Below, one piece after another: positions 1 to 7,537 of a stretch of 16,067 nucleotides of DNA. Source of the stretch: Octopus sinensis (lineage: Eukaryota); the NCBI RefSeq assembly GCF_006345805.1, contig NW_021825384.1, forward strand, positions 1-16,067, given 5' to 3'. A program made the translations under genes and the position numbers. Under the pieces are notes generated by a model. That model did not search any database and was not told the DNA's origin. It saw nothing but the letters and a program-made list of their open reading frames with translations. Position 1 is the stretch's first letter, and each line of letters opens with the position of its first letter.

Positions 1-245
1 ATGAAAGCTTACGTGATTTCCATACGATTGCCGGATTACAAGATCAAGCCCAGGTTACGTTAAGCAAGTACATCCAGGGCAGCTACCCCAGTCAACCGTT
101 TCGCTTCGGCAAGCTGCTGCTCTTACTTCCGACATTGCGCAGTATTTCTGGTAACACAATAGAAGAACTTTTCTTCAGGAAAACCATCGGAAACATTCCA
201 ATAGAGAGACTTCTTGTAGATATGTACAAATCTTCCGATTTCTAA
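1..245 (+). CDS. NR2E1: Tailless/TLX (NR2E1) nuclear receptor, terminal coding exon (end of ligand-binding domain); 5' partial, codon frame starts at position 3
   Basis: Frame 3 (3-245) reads [80 protein letters not shown], with TAA at 243-245. This matches the NR2E C-terminus as I recall it. The ending MYKSSD(F/I) is TLX-type rather than PNR (MFKN) or dissatisfaction. It is absent from the ORF track because no start codon lies in this frame. Confidence 0.93.
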   Translation, partial: ESLRDFHTIAGLQDQAQVTLSKYIQGSYPSQPFRFGKLLLLLPTLRSISGNTIEELFFRKTIGNIPIERLLVDMYKSSDF

Positions 246-253
246 TTGCGATT

Positions 254-330
254 CAATCAGTCAGACAATCAATCATTCGATCACTCAATCGATCAGTCAG
301 TCAATCAATCAATCAATTTGATCAGATCAG
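254..330. repeat. Degenerate tetranucleotide repeat (AATC/AGTC/GATC)n
   Basis: tcaatcagtcagacaatcaatcattcgatcactcaatcgatcagtcagtcaatcaatcaatc. Confidence 0.8.
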
Positions 331-704
331 TTTTCTTTACAGTCATTTATACCATTCCACTACATTTGTTTCTGTTTCCATTTGGCTCTCGGGTACCCGT
401 CTTTCGTCTCAATGTCCGCCACCCCTCCAGCTCCCGTGCTTTTCCCTCTCTTCATTTTGGAAGCGACCACGAATAAGGGTTTGGTAACTGTGGCATGATA
501 ACTATGGATTGGTTAGGGTGGATTTGTGTGGGTGTATTGGCGAGGGTGGGTAGACGAGGGTGAGAGGGTGACGGTAGATTCATGAGGGTCACATTTGTTG
601 AGAGGTACGAAACCATTAAAAAACTGCAGGTCCTAACAACTGACGAAAGTCAATACTGTTGGAGATATTTCATTTCATTGAAGTATGAAGATAATGTTCA
701 TCCA

Positions 705-810
705 TACATACATAAACACGCACGCACACAGTCAGACACACACACACACACACAGAGGTTTACCTATATTTACATACATATGTACATATATATATATATA
801 TAGTATATAT

Positions 811-847
<37 letters not shown>

Positions 848-1007
848 TACATATATATATATGCATACATACATACACAGATACCTATATACATATGGCA
901 CTAAAATATTACATATACATCTAACCTCAACATGGCGGCAAAGGTTTATCTTGTGGGTGGTTTCCGTCGACGGTATATACATACATGATGATACTTATAT
1001 ATAGATA

Positions 1008-1052
<45 letters not shown>

Positions 1053-1421
1053 TATATATATAATATATATATATATATATAAAAGTATATGTAATATGAC
1101 TATTTATATTCGACTATATTCTTGTTTATTTTATTTTAACGGGAAAAAAAATAAATGTTAAAAAAAAAGGGAAATGACAAATTGCAAAAGAATAATTAGA
1201 CTGAGAGACAACAACAAAAAAAGAAAGAAAATAAAGAAACAACACTGTAAATAGACGATTTTCTATACACTCACACATACACACGCGCACACACTCAAGA
1301 TGACAAGTATATACATATACACACACGTATATATACATATATATATACATATATATACATACATATATATATATATAATGTCAATATATATATATGATAT
1401 GATATATATAGTATATGTGTG

Positions 1422-1469
<48 letters not shown>

Positions 1470-1500
1470 CTATGTACATGTATATAACATGTATAAACAT
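705..1500. repeat. Compound (CATA)/(CA)/(TA)n microsatellite blocks (705-905, 975-1095, 1262-1500)
   Basis: Directly visible tandem repeats separated by short unique islands. Confidence 0.9.
1150..1235 (+). terminator. Two candidate polyadenylation signals (AATAAA 1150-1155 and 1230-1235)
   Basis: Canonical hexamers ~0.9-1 kb after the stop codon, but in A-rich context where chance occurrence is high. Confidence 0.35.
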
Positions 1501-1699
1501 CAGTGGGTTACGACATGGTTAAAACAATAATGTACAAATTTATAGAATTTTATAAAATTTTATTGAACTTAACACCTTGTTGTTGTTGTTATTTTTTCTT
1601 TTTTATATGACTTTATAACTGTTTTGTTTTATTTATTTGTTTTGTTTGTTTGTTCTTTTTGAGAAATTATGCATGATTGTTATTGTTGTTGTTGTTGTT

Positions 1700-1850
1700 G
1701 TTCAAATGCTGCCGTCAGCAGCATTTGGTCCTCTCATCCTTTCCAGATCGGTTCATTAAAATACTCGTAAAGTATTGGCTCGATGTAATCAACTTGCATC
1801 ATTCCCTCAAAATTACTGGCCTTGTGCAAATGTTAGAAAACAGTTAATAT
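1700..1850 (+). mobile_element. 5'-truncated tRNA-derived SINE (Meta-like family), degenerate
   Basis: B-box remnant gttcaaat, core ctctcatcctttccagatcggttcattaaaatac, then gatgtaatcaact...ccctcaaaattactggccttgtgc; colinear with 2477-2695. Ends in (TTA)n. Confidence 0.75.
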
Positions 1851-1855
1851 TGTCT

Positions 1856-1924
1856 TTATTATTATATTATTATTATTATTATTATTGCTATTATTATTAT
1901 TATTATCATTATTATTATTATTAT
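1856..1924. repeat. (TTA)n array at the 3' end of Dong copy 1
   Basis: Imperfect TTA repeat visible directly. Confidence 0.95.
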
Positions 1925-2396
1925 ATGTTTGACTTTTGCTTTACATTTGTACAAGTTGGCTCCAAGTCTCACCAGAGACGTCAAAAGACAACAGGTTGGA
2001 AGTTCATGTTGTGTTTATGCCTAGGGTGCCATATATTTGGTTTTGTACTTTGTTGTACTAGTGAATGCCTAAAAAACCATACGAAAATTATGTTTGTTTT
2101 AAAACTTGAGATTACAAAGAAATATTTTTGCGTAGGATATGAGCAGTTCCCATGAGCACTATCTTTTGAATTTCTGCCATTTTGGGGTTTCTTAGTATCT
2201 GAGTTAGGTAGCAATCAGCCCCTTTTGCTATCATTCCCAGTGCATCTATGACAACAGGTATCGTTTTAGTCTTCAGGTTCCACATTTTGCTGATTTCTAT
2301 TTCAAGATCTTTATATTTGCTCAGTTTTTGGTAGGTCTTGACAGATACGTTTATATCGATTGGGACAGTCATATCAGTGAGGAGGCATGTTTTTGT
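1925..2396 (-). mobile_element. R4/Dong-clade non-LTR retrotransposon, 5'-truncated copy 1 (endonuclease C-terminus + 3' UTR)
   Basis: Minus strand TCLLTDMTVPIDINVSVKTYQKLSKYKDLEIEISKMWNLKTKTIPVVIDALGMI...LMGTAHILRK is the tail of a PD-(D/E)xK restriction-like endonuclease typical of R4/Dong. Roughly 90% identical by eye to 7538-8012. Confidence 0.9.
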
Positions 2397-2397
2397 C

Positions 2398-2440
<43 letters not shown>

Positions 2441-2476
2441 GATTATTATTATTATCATTATCATTATTATTATTAT
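2398..2476. repeat. (TTA)n array at the 5' junction of Dong copy 1
   Basis: Visible TTA/ATC repeat. Confidence 0.95.
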
Positions 2477-2695
2477 GCGGCGAGCTGGCAGAAACGTTAG
2501 CACACGTATCAAAATGCTTAGCGGTATTTCGTCTGTGTTTACGTTCTGAGTTCAAATTCCACCGAGGTCGACTTTGTTTTTCAACCTTTTCGGGGTCGAT
2601 AAATTAAGTACCAGTTGTGCACTGAGGTCGATCTAATCGACAAGTCCCCTCCCCACAAAATTCCAGGCTTTGTATCCTTAGTAGAAAGGATTATT
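2477..2695 (+). mobile_element. Near full-length tRNA-derived SINE with Meta/MESC-like core (S1)
   Basis: A-box-like tggcagaaacg (~2486), B-box gagttcaaattcc (2548-2560), core gtcgactttg...ttttcggggtcgataaattaagtacc, tail ccctcccc-aaaattccaggctttg...gtagaaaggattatt. The Meta-like label rests on my recall of that domain. Confidence 0.85.
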
Positions 2696-2701
2696 AATAT
2701 C

Positions 2702-2868
2702 AAGGTGGTGAGATGGCAGAATCGTTAGTATGTCGAACGAAATGCATAGCGGCATTTCGTCCGTCATTACGCCTTGCCTTCTAATTCCGCCGAGGCTGAC
2801 TTTGCCTTTCATCCTTTCGGGATCGATGAAATAAGTACCAATCAAGCACTGGGACCGATGTAATCGAT
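2702..2868 (+). mobile_element. Second Meta-like SINE (S2) in tandem with S1, lacking its tail
   Basis: aaggtggtgagatggcagaatcgttag...gactttgcctttcatcctttcgggatcgatgaaataagtacc...gatgtaatcga; homology stops where a mariner TIR-like end begins. Confidence 0.85.
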
Positions 2869-3620
2869 TAGACTGCAAAGAAAGTTTTGTCGTATTTCAA
2901 GACAGGAAAGAAATAATGTTTCATTCCTCTTAACTGATATAACATTTTATCAAAATATTTCTCATTATTGGCAACATAACCCCATCAACACGCCAAATTA
3001 TTGGTCGCTCACATGTGCAATTCTTCAGGGTTCGAGACAAAGAGACACTCAATCATTTCTTCACAGTTAGTAAGCTGTTTTCCCTCTGATGTTGTGATGA
3101 TCCGAAAGGAAATAATCACATGAAGTAACAACAGAAGATCAACGAAACGTATTTAGTACTATAACCTTTTCTTGAGCAACTTGGCTATTATTTTGGTATT
3201 GCATCAGCGTGTAAGAGCAACACTCCTTTACGACTGACTGACCAATGATGGACATTTTATTTTGTCTGCAAATTTTTTGTGCAGTGCCTCCAATTGAGGA
3301 CAATATGTCTCCGCATTAACTGTTTCTTTTGGTTCAAACCTTCATGATAGATGACACCCTTCGTATCCCACCAAATACAGAACATAATTTTTTCGGGTAT
3401 AGTCCTGGTTTGGAGGTGGATACCCCTGTTTCATTCGGTGCTAACTATTGTCGTACGAGTTTCCCCACTTTTTTTTTGCAGTAACATTGCAGTGGATCTA
3501 GTTTTAAAAAAATTAACTAGTGAAATCAGCAGGCATGTTTCGGTCTCTTTGGACCTTTTCAGAACAACATATTCTAACTTGTTTTTTTATGAATTTTGCG
3601 GTCGATGACTTATAAATAAC
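2867..3620 (-). pseudogene. Degenerate mariner transposase fossil, catalytic half plus probable right TIR (Mos1/Hsmar1-like)
   Basis: Manual minus-strand translation across frameshifts gives VTAKKKW..YDN (=VTGDEKW..YDN), KPGLYPKK-IMFCIWWDTKGVIYHE, ETVNAETYCPQL, RKGVLLLHADA (=HDNA), CDYFL (=SDYHLF), FVSNPEE...WGYVANNEKYFD. attagactgcaaagaaagttttgtcg at 2867 resembles a mariner TIR. Not in the ORF track. Confidence 0.8.
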
Positions 3621-3639
3621 AGTCATATGATTAAAAAAA

Positions 3640-3891
3640 ACTTTTTTCTCATGCTCCAGGTTTCGTAAGGCCGGTTACCCGGTATCCATGCCTCGTATAA
3701 GTTACCGAGATCACAGCATTCCCTCGAGCGAGACACTAGTCCGTTGCAAGGTTGAAGCTCAATACTTTTTTTATGCTACTCTATTTTATCGATTTCGAAA
3801 GGATCAAATGCAAAGCTGACTGTGCCAGAATTTGAACTCAAAACGTAAAGAACAGGAAGAAATGCTCTAAGCATTTTGTCCGACGCGCTAA
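3640..3891 (-). mobile_element. Meta-like SINE (S3) with an alternative tail
   Basis: Head and core at 3775-3891 (attttatcgatttcgaaaggatcaaatgcaaagctgac...tttgaactca). Minus-strand tail aaccttgcaacggactagtgtc...ccgggtaaccggccttacg differs from S1, S4-S7. Confidence 0.75.
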
Positions 3892-3900
3892 ATAATACCT

Positions 3901-4098
3901 ATTTCTAATTTTCACACAAAGTCAGCAATTTAAGCGGGGGGGGGTTAGTCGATATCATCTAACCCCACCCCTCACTACTCAATTGATACTATTTCATCGA
4001 CCTCGAAGGAATGAACAGAAAAGTCAGCCTTGGCGGGATTCGAACTCAGAGCGTAACTATCGGAATAATCGCTGTTAAGCATTTTGTTCGATGCTCTT
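3901..4098 (-). mobile_element. Meta-like SINE (S4)
   Basis: Reverse complement colinear with S1 (tttcatcgacctcgaaggaatgaacagaaaagtcagccttggcgggattcgaactcag). Confidence 0.8.
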
Positions 4099-4199
4099 GG
4101 CCACAGAACTTCGGCACTTTCTTTTACCAACGCCGGAAGTGTGGAAAACAAAACCAACCTCCTAATCGGAATTTAAAGAAAAGAAATTACATAATGATA

Positions 4200-4404
4200 A
4201 TGGCTTCGAATTTTAGTACAGGTCCAGCAGTTTTTGAGGGGAGGGGAAGTTGCGGGCACGGAGATCAGTACTTGACTGATACTCATATTGTCGACTCTGA
4301 AAGGGTGAAAGACAAACTCCACCTTGGCGGGATTTGAACTCACAACGTAGAGGTGGACGGAAGTCTTCTCTGGCGGGCCAAAGCTTCTGCTGCCTCAGCG
4401 CCTT
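4200..4404 (-). mobile_element. Meta-like SINE (S5)
   Basis: gtcgactctgaaagggtgaaagacaaactccaccttggcgggatttgaactc...ctgcctcagcgcctt. Confidence 0.8.
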
Positions 4405-4419
4405 ATCTATCATAATAAC

Positions 4420-4618
4420 AATAGTTTCAAATTTTGGCACAAGGCCAGCAATTTCGGGAAAGGGGTTAAGTCGATAACATCGCCCCTTATTTTTATCGAC
4501 CTCCAAAGGATGAAAGGCAAAGTCGACCTCGGCGTAGTTTCAACTCAAAATGTAAAGACGGACGAAATGCCGTGAAGCATTTTGCCCGCATGCTAACGCA
4601 TTCTGCCGGCTCACCGCC
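4420..4618 (-). mobile_element. Meta-like SINE (S6), head to tail
   Basis: Reverse complement: ggcggtgagccggcagaatgcgttagc...gaggtcgactttgcctttcatcctttggaggtcgataaaaataag...gctggccttgtgccaaaatttgaaactatt. Confidence 0.88.
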
Positions 4619-4620
4619 TT

Positions 4621-4647
4621 AACAATAATAATAATAATAATAATAAT

Positions 4648-4698
<51 letters not shown>
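4621..4698. repeat. (AAT)n array between S6 and S7
   Basis: Near-perfect AAT repeat; equals the (ATT)n tail of S7 on the minus strand. Confidence 0.95.
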
Positions 4699-4878
4699 CT
4701 CTGATTTCGACACGAGGCCAGCAATTTTAAGAGAGGTAGATGAGTCGATAGCTTCGACTGGTGCTTTATTCTATCGGCTACAAAAGTATAAAATTCAAAG
4801 TTGACCTCGGTCGGGTTTGATAACTCAGAACACAGCGAACCGGAATAAAAATCGCAAAGCATTCGTCCTGGCGCTCTA
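4698..4878 (-). mobile_element. Meta-like SINE (S7), degenerate, 5'-truncated
   Basis: gaggccagcaatttt...gagtcgat...ttattctatcgg...aaagttgacctcgg...aactcagaac. Confidence 0.75.
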
Positions 4879-5271
4879 ATAATAATTTATCACAGCCTAT
4901 AATTTAAAAAGTACCTTATAAACTAAAGTGCCTTGTGTTTTGCAAACCGCGTGTGCCTCTCTGTGTGTGTGTGTGTGTCACGTGTTATAAACATTCGCTT
5001 TTGACAAGGGCAATAAGAAAATTATATACTATTCATCCATATTATTAAATAAATTGAACTTAAACTGGGTGACATTTTGTAATGGACGTGAAAAGGACCG
5101 CCTTAGTGGAGGAGTCGAACTTTGGTGTCCGCCAACTGATTCGGAGAATATGCTAACTATGATGTGATGTCTATTTTGATAGGGAGGAAATCTTGATAAC
5201 TTTGCGGGTGGGGGTGTGGCGGAGGACGGTCTTATTTTGATGAAAAATAAGAGGAGGAAGGAGTAGATGTA

Positions 5272-5355
5272 GATGATGATGACGATGATGACAATGATGA
5301 TGATGATGATGATGATGATGATAATGATGATGATGACGATGATGATGATGTTGAC

Positions 5356-5399
<44 letters not shown>

Positions 5400-5410
5400 C
5401 GACGATGACA

Positions 5411-5444
<34 letters not shown>

Positions 5445-5534
5445 GAGAGAAGAGAGAGAAGAGAGAGAAGCGGCACAAAGAGTGGGGGGTTGAGGTGGTG
5501 AAGAAGAAGGAGAAGGAAGAGGAGGGAGAGGAGG

Positions 5535-5567
<33 letters not shown>

Positions 5568-5706
5568 AGAAGAAGAAAAGAAGAAAGATGAAAAAGAAGA
5601 GGACAGTAGGAAGAGGAGTCACGGACGTAGCCAAGAAAACAGACGAACGAACAAACAAATAAATAAGTAAATAAATAAATAAAGAAAGAAAGAAAGAAAG
5701 AAAGAA
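5272..5706. repeat. Compound microsatellite (GAT)n-(GAGAGAGAA)3-(GAG/GAA)n-(AAAT)n-(AAAG)n
   Basis: Visible directly; source of the poly-Met, poly-His and poly-Ile ORFs. Confidence 0.95.
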
Positions 5707-6042
5707 GGCAACAATTTGAACTGATGACGTGCTTACCTCAGCTGTGTGTCTCCAGCAACAATTGCTAATATTAATATTTCTTATATTTTCATAGAAAAGC
5801 AGAAATGATAAACAAAGGATTTCTGGTTTGTCTCTGTGTCTCTGAGTTCTTTTGTAGTCTTCAAGACAGAATGGACGTCTTCATTGCTAGACAAAGAAAA
5901 GGAATGGCGAGGGCGAGATACAAAAAAAAAAAAAGAAAAAGACAAAGAAAGTTACAGATTTCTTTTAAATTCCTTGCTAATTTCCTTCTTTTTAACAGTT
6001 GACAAACTATAATTATTTCTACACGCTTCTCGAACACAGTAC

Positions 6043-6270
<228 letters not shown>

Positions 6271-6513
6271 CTCCTTATTCCCTTGTCATTTTAATTTCTC
6301 ATTTCTGCCTTGTGCCCGACTGACGCTTTGTTCTAAAGCATATGGATATTGAGTCCTAACACCAGATTATCAGTATCGCTAAGCCCCTGTATATGTGTCT
6401 ATATGTGACTCACTCACACATACAAAACGTGCATACTGAATATATATACAGTGTACTGTTCGGTGATGATAAGATCAACAAAATAAGTACTCCATCTTGT
6501 GAGTGATAAATAA

Positions 6514-6730
6514 TATTTAATAAACACAATTTATGTTCTCATATGCTACTTACTATAAGTTTCATGTGCTGAGAACATGCTAAACTGTATTACATTTTTT
6601 GTTCGTTATGACATGTGGGCAGTGACTGATGATTGAGCTAAGACACCACACATGCTATTAAACACTGTTTGGCATGTTCTCAGCGCATGAAACCAATAAT
6701 AGCACATGTAAAAGAAAAATGTGTTTATTA

Positions 6731-6734
<4 letters not shown>
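6514..6734. mobile_element. Fold-back / MITE-like inverted-repeat element (~220 bp)
   Basis: Perfect 15-bp terminal IR tatttaataaacaca (6514-6528) / tgtgtttattaaata (6720-6734). Inner 26-bp IR 6560-6585 / 6667-6692 has two T.G mismatches. MITE identity is inference. Confidence 0.6.
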
Positions 6735-6782
<48 letters not shown>

Positions 6783-6914
6783 ACTCACACAAACGCCACC
6801 ACCACAGCTGCCATTACTACTAACTACTACTACTACTACTACTACTACTAAATTATTATTATTATTATTACTATTATTATTATTATCATTATTATTATTA
6901 TTATTATTATTATT
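6732..6914. repeat. (TA)n (6732-6778), then (TAC)n grading into (TTA)n (6812-6914)
   Basis: Visible directly. Confidence 0.9.
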
Positions 6915-7460
6915 GAGTGAGAGAGCAGTTCATGCCATCAAAGTGACACTTATATACGAAGCCCAGTATACCCATCATGACTACCCGTCTGATAAGGGTA
7001 CATCAGACACATGCATCACAACCATATGTGCGCGCATGGTGATCTCATATCAAGATAAACAGTACATGACCTTGCAGGTGGGGCTCAGTTAGAATTTTAT
7101 AAGGTCGAATAACCGATGCCGCTCAAAAGGCCCCTGAATAAGGGTTGTTTAAAGAAGTTGAACGAACCACCCATGTTTCCAAAGTTGAATTATCCAAACC
7201 TCTAAGAATTCCTTTCAACACACGGCTATGATGCTCCCCCACTACTTCTGCTCGGGATCAGAGATGCACGTATTATCAGCCACTAAGGGACATGGTCAAC
7301 TGGTTAAGGTCAAACAACTGACAAGCAAATCTGTGGTATTGAGCAGAATATTTGCTGTAGCCCATCTTTTATACCAAGTCAAAACAATGTACATGATAAA
7401 ACTTCCAATCAGTTAAGATCAGAAGCCATGAGAGCCACTGCTTGGTACTGCATCAGGGCA
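6915..7460. mobile_element. Unclassified 546-bp non-coding interspersed repeat flanked by (TTA)n on both sides
   Basis: Sharp ends against TTA arrays; an internal segment (~7186-7360) recurs in diverged form at 15268-15440; no recognisable ORF or Pol III boxes. Confidence 0.7.
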
Positions 7461-7495
7461 TATTATTATTATCATTATTATTGTTATTATTATTA

Positions 7496-7532
<37 letters not shown>

Positions 7533-7536
7533 CATT
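7461..7536. repeat. (TTA)n array between the 546-bp repeat and Dong copy 2
   Basis: Visible directly. Confidence 0.95.
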
Positions 7537-7537
7537 C

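Larger units (their letters stand above)
246..1260 (+). other. Probable 3' UTR of the tailless/NR2E1 gene (3' end uncertain; may extend to ~1560 or beyond)
   Basis: Follows the stop codon directly. AATAAA at 1150-1155 and 1230-1235, AU-rich TATTTAT near 1101, U/GU-rich tract at ~1575-1660. No transcript data. Confidence 0.5.

Noticed and set aside
246-1700. miR-9, let-7 and miR-137 seed sites known for vertebrate TLX UTRs
   Set aside because: ACCAAAG, CTACCTC and GCAATAA were not seen on reading this interval.
5029-5662. Poly-His, poly-Met/Lys and poly-Phe/Ile ORFs (metal-binding or signal-peptide look)
   Set aside because: All three are frames of the same (GAT)n/(GAA)n array; there are no credible splice or promoter signals.
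5732-5830. Minus-strand donor GAG|GTAAGC (5732-5740) and plus-strand acceptor with CTAAT branch (AG 5793-5794)
   Set aside because: Neither has a convincing partner site to define an exon.
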